Below, one piece after another: positions 9,907-18,805 of a stretch of DNA of 64,000 nt (its first letter is position 1; every line of letters begins with the position of its first letter). The notes beneath the pieces were generated by a model. That model was given only the letters and a program-made list of their open reading frames with translations, searched no databases and had not been told where the DNA came from. The stretch comes from Candidatus Poribacteria bacterium (GTDB taxonomy: Bacteria > Poribacteria > WGA-4E > WGA-3G). A program made the translations under genes and the position numbers. Where the stretch lies: contig CBDBPM010000002.1 of the NCBI GenBank assembly GCA_965208735.1, positions 733,145 through 797,144 on the forward strand, read 5' to 3'.

Positions 9907-12471
9907 ATGCTTAAAAACATTAGGATAGCACACCTTCTAAGACATCTCTTCCGATCCTATATGCTGACCGTTATTTTTCTGACGTTCACGCTTTTGTCTG
10001 TAGCGTTTGGACAAGACGATACGATTACTGAGACGGTCACAGAAGGGACACGTAATATTTGGACGCAGGTCAAACTCTACGGTGGCGTGGTCTTAATCAT
10101 CTTTCTTTTTAGTGCTTTCTTTTATCTCCTAAGACTCTTTCAGAAAGACAAACTCTTGAAGACACTCCTTAACAAATATGTCGTCTTTCAGATGAAGGAG
10201 GAGAACAGACGTTACCGAGGCACAATGCGGCTTGAGATCTCAGGCATGGAAATTATCTCCGAGGAATCCCGACAGCGCGGGCATGCCCCGAGTTATATCT
10301 TTAATTCCAAAGAACGTGAAGAACAAATTGTCGCATACATCCGCTACCACGATACGATGAACGAGCGCGAACTACGGGAACGTTCGTGGGAACTTGAGCG
10401 GGTCTACCATCCGCCATTTATCTACAAAATACGGCGGAAAATCCGAAATATGTTCGTCGCCCTCAGAGAAGCCTCAGCAAATGCTATCCGTATGGTGATG
10501 CAAAGCGTCAAAAGTGGTATCGGTGGACGATTTGAAGACTACAATAGAGTATACCAACAAACGGTCGACGCAAAGAAAGGCGAAGGAGATATAACAGGCA
10601 TCGATAGGTTAGACGATTCTACCGCCCACTTGCAGGAACAGGAAACCTATGAACGTCTAATTGAACGCTTGGTCGGTACCCGGATCAAAGTCCGCACGGA
10701 GACCGGAGAATACACCGCTATCCTCAAAGACTATAATCACAAGCATATCGCATTGATGGATGTGAAAGATGGCGACAACAACGGTTACAGAGATCATTGG
10801 AACTATGAACTTGAGTATAAGCAAGATATTAATGCACTGAACCGCCGCGATGACCGCGGCTTACGTGTACTAACAGAAGGCAACGATGAAAACGGCTACT
10901 CTCTCGTTTTTGAAAACAATACGCCTTACCAAATTCAACTTGGGCATGTCGTGCTGCACGACGGTGCCCCCCAATGGGCAAAGAACTTTGAATTCAAATA
11001 CCATATTCAAGCCTTCAGTGTTCAAAAACTTTCAATTGAACCGATAGCGCAACACAACGTAGGCCCGTTTCAACGGATTAGAGCGCGTGAGCGACTTACG
11101 ATCAGAAATTATAAAAAGATTAAACTCGATTTCCGCTCTTTCAGGGATGCTGATATCATTTTCCCGCGAAAATATTGCACTATTGTCGAAAGCGCAGAGA
11201 GATATCAACCCGAACTTTTCAGTTTAAGCGGCTTGACCGACACAATTCTGGACATGAGCGATACCGAGGACATCGCCATCGCAGACAAAGAGGGTAATCC
11301 GATCCACGGTATCAATGTTGTTCACGGATACGTGACGAACGTCAACGAAGAACGCATCGATTTGAAGACGATCGACACCAGCTACGGTCGGCGATGGGAT
11401 GTTGAAAATGCCTTCCGCCATTTTGATAATAAATTCCGTCATGGATTTCCGCTCCATAAAAGGCTCCTACCCATAAATCGCGCCAAGATTACAGCACACG
11501 CTTCTATCGTTGAACAGATACACAAGAACGCCGTTCGACACGAGGCGTTAGCACCGGTCGTTTATCCGGCACGCAGCTTAAATACAGCAGAACAGCGCGC
11601 ACGCCGCCGAAAGTTGATACGTAATCGCATCGTCGGCGGTATAAATGCTACCTTTAACACCAAGTTTTGGAAACCGAATGCTGGAGTTCCCAAGACACCC
11701 GGTGTCACGCGCGCAGAAGTCAAGATGGCAATGCCAATCAAACTTATGGCATTTACGGGTAATACCTCTACAGTCGAATTTCCGATCCTACAACGTTTTG
11801 AATATATTCAGGAACATCACATGATTTATAGGGAGGTCCCGGATCTACGCACCGATCGACTTCCGAAAACCGATATTTTGTGGATCGGCAACGGTGAAAT
11901 TTACAAATCTGGCTATCGACTGAACATTGATGCTGAACACCGGATTAAAAATTTCGTTAGCCAAGGTGGCGTTGCCATCGTTTCCGGACAAGATATCAAA
12001 ACCAGCACCAAACAGCGCCGTGGCACTGGATGGATACCGGAACCGCTCACCGGCATTGAATGTGACGAAACTTATGAGTTATTTCCCACATCACGAGGGA
12101 AACGTTCGCGTATCTTCCAATACCCGAATCCACTGAATGGAAACCACCACACCGATCCAGAGGCAATGGAGCAGCCTCTTATTCGACTCGATGATATGTG
12201 GCTCGATCCACTCGGGAAATGGACATCTCTCGCTAAAACCAATATCCCTGTAGCCGGACTGCCAAGTGACAGGTCTGAAAACGCATCCGCGCTGCTCCTC
12301 CTCCCCTTCCAAAAAGGGTTATACATCGTTACCAGTTTGAAGAATGAGACAGAAGAGGATGTACGCATCAACGACAAAATCATGGAAAATCTGCTCCATT
12401 TTTCCGTCAAATGGCTGGATAAACAACGTTCCCCGCGCAAGTTGGGAATAGTTAATAGTTATAAGTTATAA
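9907..12471 (+). CDS. Large hypothetical membrane-anchored protein (two N-terminal TM helices), function unknown
   Basis: 854-aa ORF with a good RBS (aagggggat). It has two hydrophobic helices near the N-terminus. The C-terminal region (ILWIGNGEIY..VSQGGVAIVSGQDI) is loosely reminiscent of a class-I glutamine-amidotransferase-like fold. No confident family assignment. Its stop codon sits inside repeat copy 2. Confidence 0.5.
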   Translation: MLKNIRIAHLLRHLFRSYMLTVIFLTFTLLSVAFGQDDTITETVTEGTRNIWTQVKLYGGVVLIIFLFSAFFYLLRLFQKDKLLKTLLNKYVVFQMKEENRRYRGTMRLEISGMEIISEESRQRGHAPSYIFNSKEREEQIVAYIRYHDTMNERELRERSWELERVYHPPFIYKIRRKIRNMFVALREASANAIRMVMQSVKSGIGGRFEDYNRVYQQTVDAKKGEGDITGIDRLDDSTAHLQEQETYERLIERLVGTRIKVRTETGEYTAILKDYNHKHIALMDVKDGDNNGYRDHWNYELEYKQDINALNRRDDRGLRVLTEGNDENGYSLVFENNTPYQIQLGHVVLHDGAPQWAKNFEFKYHIQAFSVQKLSIEPIAQHNVGPFQRIRARERLTIRNYKKIKLDFRSFRDADIIFPRKYCTIVESAERYQPELFSLSGLTDTILDMSDTEDIAIADKEGNPIHGINVVHGYVTNVNEERIDLKTIDTSYGRRWDVENAFRHFDNKFRHGFPLHKRLLPINRAKITAHASIVEQIHKNAVRHEALAPVVYPARSLNTAEQRARRRKLIRNRIVGGINATFNTKFWKPNAGVPKTPGVTRAEVKMAMPIKLMAFTGNTSTVEFPILQRFEYIQEHHMIYREVPDLRTDRLPKTDILWIGNGEIYKSGYRLNIDAEHRIKNFVSQGGVAIVSGQDIKTSTKQRRGTGWIPEPLTGIECDETYELFPTSRGKRSRIFQYPNPLNGNHHTDPEAMEQPLIRLDDMWLDPLGKWTSLAKTNIPVAGLPSDRSENASALLLLPFQKGLYIVTSLKNETEEDVRINDKIMENLLHFSVKWLDKQRSPRKLGIVNSYKL

Positions 12472-12550
12472 GTTATAAGTTAAGAGTGCTACTGTCAAAT
12501 GAAGTGCCTCTCTTAACTTATAACCAACAACTAACAACCTATAACTATAA
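12451..12550. repeat. Copy 2 of the heptamer-GTTAAGAG...CTCTTAAC hairpin element; it fills the whole 73-nt spacer between the convergent genes 9907..12471 and lpxK
   Basis: The element reads gttaata gttataa gttataa gttataa gttaagag, then a 24-nt loop, then ctctcttaacttataaccaacaactaacaacc. The stems are identical to copy 1 but the loop differs. It overlaps the stop codons of both flanking genes. Confidence 0.6.
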
Positions 12551-13831
12551 ATCCAACCACTCTAAAATTTTCTCAACGCCTTCTGTGATAACCAACGCGA
12601 CCTCAAGCACAAATATCGGCGGAAGCACGCCATCACGATGAGCGTGATCGCGGGACTTCCGAGGAAGCCCCCGGTTTCCCACAAACGCTTCCAATTTTTG
12701 CGCATCTTTTTGCGTTGTGACAATCAGATCCGCATGTACGGCTTGAAATACAGTGGCAATCCGCACGAAGTCCGCCTCGGTATAAACGTGATGATCGGGA
12801 TACGCCAACAATTCCACACTTTCTGCGGAACACCGCATGAGCGTCGTGACAAACGCATCTGGATTTCCGATCGCACAAACTGCGAGAAGCCGTTTTCCCT
12901 TAACCGCTTCTGAAGTCGAGAGGAAATCTGTTCCTTCCGAGTTTTCGGGGGATGCTATCGGAAGCACGCCATCACGATGAGCGTGATCGCGTGACTTCCG
13001 CAAAGGATAGAAATGGACCGGCTGGTGGACGCTCTCCAGAATCAGCGCATTCGGTGCCAATTGCCGCAATGCCGCTTTAGCGTCTCGTAACATGTCAACT
13101 GTATCTGTATGTGTTAATAGGATAACGTCCGCGCGTCGGAGCGCAGTAGGCGGTTCGCGCAAGCTCCCTACGGGTAAGAGTCGTTCTCTCGCAGCTTGCA
13201 GACCGATGGCTGAATGCGCGGGAACGGTGAGAATATCAACATCACGCGCAAGCTGCCGGTGTTGATATCCGTCATCCAGAAGTAGGACATCTACCCCAAA
13301 ACGCTCAAGCGCGACCTGTCCTGCCTGATAGCGTTGACTGCTGACAACAATCGGAATACCGCTGAGATGTTTCGCCATCATATATGCTTCATCGCCGCTC
13401 TCTTTTAAGGAAGCACATACCCTCTCACCGTCTGAGACAATAGTTACCTTTTCACGCGACTGGCGTTTATACCCGCGTAGCAAAATAGCGACGCGCACCT
13501 TCTCTTTTTCAAGGTGTTTCGCAAGCGCAATAACAGCAGGTGTTTTCCCCGTCCCACCCACAACGATATTACCTACACTGATGACGCGACACGGCAATCT
13601 TCGCGCTTTAAACAGACCGAGTTCATAAAACCGATTGCGTATCCAAACACTCGCGCCATAAAGCCAACTCAGCGGGATTAATGAGAAGCGTAGGGGGCTG
13701 GCAAGAAGCCTTTTCTGGAACGAGGCAAGATCGAAAGGGTCCGTGAGTTTCATAGCGTATAAAGTTTGCGAGTGTACTAAAGTCGCGAAATCTGTAAAGT
13801 TGAAAGAAGGTTTCTTAACAACTTTAGGCAC
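12545..13831 (-). CDS. lpxK: Tetraacyldisaccharide 4'-kinase (LpxK) carrying two in-frame 14-aa palindromic-element insertions
   Basis: 428-aa ORF with the P-loop GNIVVGGTGKTP diagnostic of LpxK. The C-terminal region (AIGNPDAFVTTL..YPDHHVYTEADF..LIVTTQKDAQKL) matches the LpxK C-domain. The peptide RKSRDHAHRDGVLP occurs twice, each encoded by a copy of the ~44-nt palindrome. Confidence 0.8.
   Translation of the reverse strand: MPKVVKKPSFNFTDFATLVHSQTLYAMKLTDPFDLASFQKRLLASPLRFSLIPLSWLYGASVWIRNRFYELGLFKARRLPCRVISVGNIVVGGTGKTPAVIALAKHLEKEKVRVAILLRGYKRQSREKVTIVSDGERVCASLKESGDEAYMMAKHLSGIPIVVSSQRYQAGQVALERFGVDVLLLDDGYQHRQLARDVDILTVPAHSAIGLQAARERLLPVGSLREPPTALRRADVILLTHTDTVDMLRDAKAALRQLAPNALILESVHQPVHFYPLRKSRDHAHRDGVLPIASPENSEGTDFLSTSEAVKGKRLLAVCAIGNPDAFVTTLMRCSAESVELLAYPDHHVYTEADFVRIATVFQAVHADLIVTTQKDAQKLEAFVGNRGLPRKSRDHAHRDGVLPPIFVLEVALVITEGVEKILEWLDL
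12617..12663. repeat. Copy B of the in-frame ~44-nt palindromic element (RPE-like), near the 3-prime end of lpxK
   Basis: The sequence cggcggaagcacgccatcacgatgagcgtgatcgcgggacttccgagg is a nested inverted repeat. It is about 95% identical to copy C, which lies 339 nt away (113 codons, same frame). Confidence 0.65.
12957..13000. repeat. Copy C of the in-frame ~44-nt palindromic element (RPE-like), inside lpxK
   Basis: The sequence cggaagcacgccatcacgatgagcgtgatcgcgtgacttccg is a near-perfect palindrome (cggaag..cttccg around atcacgatgagcgtgat). It encodes LRKSRDHAHRDGVLP in the lpxK frame. Confidence 0.65.
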
Positions 13832-13842
13832 TTTAGAGCACT

Positions 13843-15057
13843 TTACAGACTTTCTGCAGCATCTAACACCAATTCGGCAGTACGTTCAGCTGCACCGGCT
13901 GTGCCGAGCTGCGCATAAACAGCTTGAAGTGCCTCTCGTTGTGTTTCCCGTTTTTGTGGATGCTTCAGAAAATCAAGTGCCAACGTTGTCAAGGCAGTCG
14001 GTGTCAGTTCCGTCTGTAGCAATTCCGGGACAATGTCACCGCCAGCAATGAGATTGGGAAGTCCGCTTCGGTTTAAAGGGGTCAACGCCTTGATGATGTG
14101 CCAGTTGAGTGCTGCCGTACGAAAGAGTATAATCATCGGCGCACCGATACAGGTCGCCTCAAGCGTCGCTGTGCCGGAAGTAACCAGCAGCAGGGTTGAA
14201 GCACGCATCGCTGGATAGGTCTGATCTTCCACAATTTTAATGGACGGGATCTCAATACCCAACAATTCCTGCTGGTGTTCCGCAATGAGATCGCGTGAAA
14301 TTCCGGGGGCTAACGGGAGAATCCACTGTGCGTTCGGATAGACCTGAGCGATGTTCGCAGCGGCTTTTAGCATGACCGGAAAAATGTGGTGGATCTCGGA
14401 ACGACGACTCCCCGGCATCAATCCAATAACAGGTGCCTCCGGATCATCTTTCGTTTCAGATATGTTAAGGCTTTCGCGTGCTTCGTGTACCGTTAAGGAT
14501 GTCTGCGCGAAATCGACGAGCGGATGTCCTACGAATTCCGCGTTCGCACCTGAGGTTCGGTAAAATTCTGCTTCAAAAGGGAAGATCGCCGCGACGATGT
14601 TTGTCCACTTTGCCAGTTTCCGGGCACGGTTCGCACGCCACGCCCACGCCTTTGGTGGAATGTAATAGACAACTGAGACACCCTGCCGCTGCGCAAATTT
14701 CGCTAACGGCATATTAAACTCAGCAAAATCTACAAGGAGGAGCACATCAGGGTGTTCCTCACGGATACGTCGTTTCAGATATGCCTGTTTCCGTAGGAAC
14801 ATCGGTAGGACAGTGATGACATCGGCAAACCCCATGACAGCGGAATCTCGGATGTGAAGGTCAACCTTCACTGATACCGCTTCCATCTGGTCGCCACCCA
14901 TGCCGAAGAGAGTTATATCGGGACACAGTGCCTTGAGTTGCCGGGCAACATGAGAAGCATGCAGGTCACCAGAGGGCTCTCCAGCAACAATCATAACGTT
15001 TGGCTTTCGGTCTTCGGCTTTCGGCTTTCGGTAAAAAGATGTTTGTGGCATCAGCAA
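13843..15057 (-). CDS. lpxB: Lipid-A-disaccharide synthase (LpxB, GT19)
   Basis: 404-aa ORF whose N-terminal MIVAGEPSGDLHASHVARQLKA matches the LpxB signature (IxIVAGExSGD). It lies immediately upstream of lpxK and is co-directional with it. The start is ambiguous among TTG 15057 (RBS agggag), ATG 15051 and ATG 14994. A heptamer tandem repeat sits in its extreme 5-prime end. Confidence 0.8.
   Translation of the reverse strand: MLMPQTSFYRKPKAEDRKPNVMIVAGEPSGDLHASHVARQLKALCPDITLFGMGGDQMEAVSVKVDLHIRDSAVMGFADVITVLPMFLRKQAYLKRRIREEHPDVLLLVDFAEFNMPLAKFAQRQGVSVVYYIPPKAWAWRANRARKLAKWTNIVAAIFPFEAEFYRTSGANAEFVGHPLVDFAQTSLTVHEARESLNISETKDDPEAPVIGLMPGSRRSEIHHIFPVMLKAAANIAQVYPNAQWILPLAPGISRDLIAEHQQELLGIEIPSIKIVEDQTYPAMRASTLLLVTSGTATLEATCIGAPMIILFRTAALNWHIIKALTPLNRSGLPNLIAGGDIVPELLQTELTPTALTTLALDFLKHPQKRETQREALQAVYAQLGTAGAAERTAELVLDAAESL
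15004..15033. repeat. Heptamer tandem repeat (GCTTTCG-like, four units) at the 5-prime end or leader of lpxB
   Basis: The sequence gctttcg gtcttcg gctttcg gctttcg encodes RKPKAEDRKP if translated from the upstream start. Otherwise it lies in the leader of the ATG at 14994. Confidence 0.5.
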
Positions 15058-15114
15058 ATATTGTAACTCCCTAAGAATCTACTGACTGCCGATGGCTGAC
15101 GGCTGACAACTATC

Positions 15115-16158
15115 CTACGGCATCATCCCCGGCACCTTCAGCCCATCGGTTTCATTGAAACCGAACATCAGATTCAGATTCTGCACAACAGCACCGGCAG
15201 CACCTTTACCGAGGTTATCAATCGCTGCCATCGCGACAACACGGCGGGTCCGCGTATCAACTTCAAGTCCAACATCACAATAATTACTGCCGAGCACTGC
15301 CTTCGTCTCCGGGTATGTATTTGACGGAAGCACCCGAACAAACGGTTCATTCTCGTAAAAATCTGAATATATGTTGAGGGTTTCTGCAGTGGACATCTCT
15401 TCGGTGAGACGCATATAGACAGTGCTGAGAATGCCCCGCGTCATTGGAACAAGGTGTGGTGTGAACGTCACGCGAATTGGTTCCGATGCTACAGCACTTA
15501 ATTCCTGTTCAATTTCTGGGGTATGCCGATGTACACCGATGTTATAGGCGACAACGTTAGACTCTCGATTCGGATAGTGGGTATTTCCGCTCGGTTTTGG
15601 ACCGGCACCCGAAATGCCGGATTTGGAATCAACAATAATGGAGTCCAACTCCACGACACCTTGAGCGACCAAAGGCATCGCCGCAAGTATAGCACTCGTC
15701 GGATAACACCCCGGATTCGCCACAAGTTGGGCATCCCGAATCTTGGCACGATACCGCTCCGGTAACCCATATATCGCTTGCGGCATGAGTTCCGCGCTTG
15801 TATGTTCAGCATGGTACCACGCTTCATAAGTATCAGCATCTCCAAGTCGATAGTCAGCACTGAAATCCACGACGCGTAAACCTTGTGCCAGAATTTGCGG
15901 CACGAACGACATCGCGACTTTGTGCGGAACTGCAAGCACAACGACATCTACTCTCTCTTTAAGGGAGTCAAGATCTAAGGGTTCAAATGCGGACGAGAGA
16001 AAACCGCGAAGGTTCGGCAGGACACTCTCAATACACTGCCCCGCGTAGGTTTCAGACGTACAGAGTGCGACCTGTAACCCGCCAGAATGGTTAGCGAGAA
16101 AACGCAACAATTCGCTACCACTATATCCTGATGCACCAACAATACCGATTTTTATCAT
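15115..16158 (-). CDS. argC: N-acetyl-gamma-glutamyl-phosphate reductase
   Basis: 347-aa ORF with the N-terminal NAD-binding motif IGIVGASGYSGSEL and the active-site motif ANPGCYPTS, both typical of ArgC. Confidence 0.85.
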   Translation of the reverse strand: MIKIGIVGASGYSGSELLRFLANHSGGLQVALCTSETYAGQCIESVLPNLRGFLSSAFEPLDLDSLKERVDVVVLAVPHKVAMSFVPQILAQGLRVVDFSADYRLGDADTYEAWYHAEHTSAELMPQAIYGLPERYRAKIRDAQLVANPGCYPTSAILAAMPLVAQGVVELDSIIVDSKSGISGAGPKPSGNTHYPNRESNVVAYNIGVHRHTPEIEQELSAVASEPIRVTFTPHLVPMTRGILSTVYMRLTEEMSTAETLNIYSDFYENEPFVRVLPSNTYPETKAVLGSNYCDVGLEVDTRTRRVVAMAAIDNLGKGAAGAVVQNLNLMFGFNETDGLKVPGMMP

Positions 16159-16394
16159 TTATGTTTCACCGTGTATTTTTTATTTTGAGGCTACAAATCA
16201 TGCAGGAATTTTAGCACATTTCGAGGGTAATGTCAAATTAGCATGCCCTGAGTACATCAGATTGGCAGACTTCATGAGAATTTTGAAGGCGAGAAAAAAT
16301 AAAAAAGGCGATTATAGCCCAGCCCCACTACTGATACCTACAATCGCCGCTACGGTTGAAGTGTGGTTATTTCCAAGAATGACCTCCAAAAAAG

Positions 16395-17114
16395 TTATCC
16401 TGCCAAACCGAGCCTTTGCCCTGCCTTCCTCAGTTTCTGCGTGACTTGTGTCACCAGTTGGCTGACGCGAGGTGCAGAGAGATTCAATATTTCGGCAATC
16501 TTGCAATTTTGCCGATTCTCACAAAGGTAGGCAAAGATTTCGCGTTCGCGCGGTGTCAGCGTTTTCAGGAGTTCCGGCAAGGCAGATGCAAAACTGATGT
16601 TCTGGACGAGTTCAGTCTCAAATTCAGCGTGAGGGTCTGGAAACTCCAAAAGGGATCCGCTCTTCGGATCGCACACTGCGTTGGACATTCCGTGATCATC
16701 GCACGCCTCATCAGAGACAAGTACTTCGCACACGTTGTGTCTATCTTCTTTCTTTTTTTCATCCATTAGCGCACCGCAGATACGCACGCGGATAAAACTC
16801 CTGAAACTGGCACCACTTTCATGTTCTGGCTCGAACTTCGGTCCCTTATCAATGAGCGTTAGGGCGGCGACTTGCAACAAATCGTCATGGAGGGCCGAGC
16901 GTTGCGGCGTAGCGTTCGTTATACATGCTGCGCAGTAAGTCAAATCCGGCAAAAGGGATTTCACGGCTTCATCGTCTGGTTGGAAAATTCCGTCATGTTT
17001 ATAGGGCGGACATTTTATACCTCTCAATTGACATCTTAAAGTCATCGGTTTGTCCTCCATCTTCGGAAGTATACAGGTTTCTGGACATTTGACAAAAATC
17101 AATTGTGCGCGCAC
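16395..17114 (-). CDS. Sigma-70-family RNA polymerase sigma factor (FliA/ECF-like size) with a Cys-rich N-terminal extension
   Basis: 239-aa ORF. It has a region-2-like segment (LQVAALTLIDKGPKFEPEHESGASFRSFIRVRICGALMD) and a region-4 HTH (LTPREREIFAYLCENRQNCKIAEILNLSAPRVSQL). The N-terminus contains several Cys pairs (CPETC, CQLRGIKCP, YCAAC). The start is uncertain. Confidence 0.55.
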   Translation of the reverse strand: MRAQLIFVKCPETCILPKMEDKPMTLRCQLRGIKCPPYKHDGIFQPDDEAVKSLLPDLTYCAACITNATPQRSALHDDLLQVAALTLIDKGPKFEPEHESGASFRSFIRVRICGALMDEKKKEDRHNVCEVLVSDEACDDHGMSNAVCDPKSGSLLEFPDPHAEFETELVQNISFASALPELLKTLTPREREIFAYLCENRQNCKIAEILNLSAPRVSQLVTQVTQKLRKAGQRLGLAG

Positions 17115-17174
17115 CCGTTACCATTGTTCGTTATTATAACTACTTTTGCCGGAAAAGTCAACTCTTATTCGGCG

Positions 17175-18194
17175 TTACTCCATCTGTTTGATACGTCCCC
17201 ATAACCCTGTGAGTTTCCCTTTTGGCGAAACATAGAGATTACCCGGCCGCCAGTCCGATACATTATAGCTGTCACGCGGGTCAGTCAGAGGGATCAGTTC
17301 CCGGGTGTCAAGCGGATACCGATAGATCACATTCACCCTATTCACATTCCTATCGGCAGCGGAGAAAAGCACCTCCCGACCATCAGCCATCCAACACAGA
17401 TACGAGACGAGAAATCCTTTCGGGAGCGTGTGTATCTCTCGTCTCCCTGTCAGCACGTTTTGAATGATTAAACGCATACCAACAAGATCGAGCTTGCCTG
17501 GGAGCCGCCTATATTCCGCCTCGGGATACAAGATATGGACTCCATCCGGGGACCAACAGGGTCGGTATCTGAGCATAAGCACATTAACATCCTTGTTGGG
17601 TGGGCTGCGGCGTTTATTATGTTTGCCATCGGCAGTCATCGTCCAGATGTTGCGTCCAAATTCATCGCTGTGTTCAAAAACAATCTGCCTGCCGTTCGGG
17701 GACCAATCAGGGCTCTCCGAAAGCCCCCCTTCTGGATTGTTTATCAGTCGTTTCACCTTTCCGGTTTGCAGGTTCATCACAGCGATATCCCTTGTCCCCG
17801 CTTCGCGGACGGAAAACGCAATACGGTTTCCATCGGGGTGCCAGGCGGGTTTTTCGTAGTTTGCAGGTATATCAGTGAGCAGGTGTTCATTGCGTCCATC
17901 CGCATCCATGACAAAAATGTTAGAAATTATATGGTCTGGATCTACTGGACCTGTAAACATCGGTTCTCGGGTAAAAACAATCTTTCTACCATCGGGTGAC
18001 CAGCGCGGGAGTATGTCTGCTAACGGATTGTCCGTTAACCTCTGAATACGGCTTCCGTCATCGTTCATCGTGTAAATCTCATGGTTACCCGTGCGAGACG
18101 AAAAAAACAAGATTTCCGCAGCGGCAAACGTTGAAACGAGCAGTGTGAGGCTGCAGATAACGGATAACATCGGTAAAAAACGTCTCGAAATCAT
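17175..18194 (-). CDS. Secreted PD40/TolB-like beta-propeller repeat protein with conserved C-terminal KLxxxWGRIK tail
   Basis: The start is trimmed to the ATG at 18194 (MISRRFLPMLSVICSLTLLVSTFAAAE, a signal peptide). It has repeated WSPDG-containing PD40 blades. The C-terminus PKGKLTGLWGRIKQME matches the tail shared by three LamG-type proteins. Confidence 0.65.
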   Translation of the reverse strand: MISRRFLPMLSVICSLTLLVSTFAAAEILFFSSRTGNHEIYTMNDDGSRIQRLTDNPLADILPRWSPDGRKIVFTREPMFTGPVDPDHIISNIFVMDADGRNEHLLTDIPANYEKPAWHPDGNRIAFSVREAGTRDIAVMNLQTGKVKRLINNPEGGLSESPDWSPNGRQIVFEHSDEFGRNIWTMTADGKHNKRRSPPNKDVNVLMLRYRPCWSPDGVHILYPEAEYRRLPGKLDLVGMRLIIQNVLTGRREIHTLPKGFLVSYLCWMADGREVLFSAADRNVNRVNVIYRYPLDTRELIPLTDPRDSYNVSDWRPGNLYVSPKGKLTGLWGRIKQME

Positions 18195-18268
18195 AAAGCA
18201 CCGCCTTGATTGGAAAGCGTGGGGATAGCGAATATCCCCACGGTTATGAACAAAAAAGACACGTTCCG

Positions 18269-18805
18269 TTAGTTCCGAGGCATCCTCCACTCGATGCTGT
18301 CGGATACGGACCATTTGCTCTGTATCACTTGGTTGGCATCGTCAAGTGCGTGAACCGTCACTTCGGTTGAGGCTTCAGCTTTCACCTCTATGCCGTCGGG
18401 CAAAACGCTGGCATCGTAGGATGCACTGTTATGTCCATGGAACGTTTCACCGGAGCCTATAGTTCCGTTTTCCCAATTCGTATTGCTATAAAACAACTGC
18501 TTTACGTCACCGTTTTGCTGCGGTTCAAAAACCGAGATACGGTATTTCGCCTCATAATTAATCGTCATCGCGTCCTCACCAAGGTAGCCGTTCCAGACTT
18601 GTGCCTGATACCGAACAGACACCTCGTAATCCACTGAGATGCTAAAATTGAACACGACAACTTGTCCCGATGTGGAAGGGAGTTCATTGGGGTTGGGTGT
18701 TGTACTTTCCTTCCAGGTGCCTGATACTGCATCGGGGGGAATCGGCAGCAGGACATAAGTTAGAGCTATGAGGACTGCTGCTGTTAGACGCAACAAGCGT
18801 TTCAT
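18269..18805 (-). CDS. Hypothetical secreted protein
   Basis: The start is ATG 18805, 7 nt after an aaggag RBS. It has an N-terminal signal-like helix (MKRLLRLTAAVLIALTYVLL). No recognisable domain. Confidence 0.4.
   Translation of the reverse strand: MKRLLRLTAAVLIALTYVLLPIPPDAVSGTWKESTTPNPNELPSTSGQVVVFNFSISVDYEVSVRYQAQVWNGYLGEDAMTINYEAKYRISVFEPQQNGDVKQLFYSNTNWENGTIGSGETFHGHNSASYDASVLPDGIEVKAEASTEVTVHALDDANQVIQSKWSVSDSIEWRMPRN

Noticed and set aside
8805-12550. Integron attC sites or a composite transposon flanking genes 8920..12471
   Set aside because: attC sites read AAC-first then GTT-last (RYYYAAC ... GTTRRRY) on both strands, whereas these elements read GTTAAGAG first and CTCTTAAC last. 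No integrase or transposase is present. The bracketed genes are large, ordinary-looking chromosomal genes.
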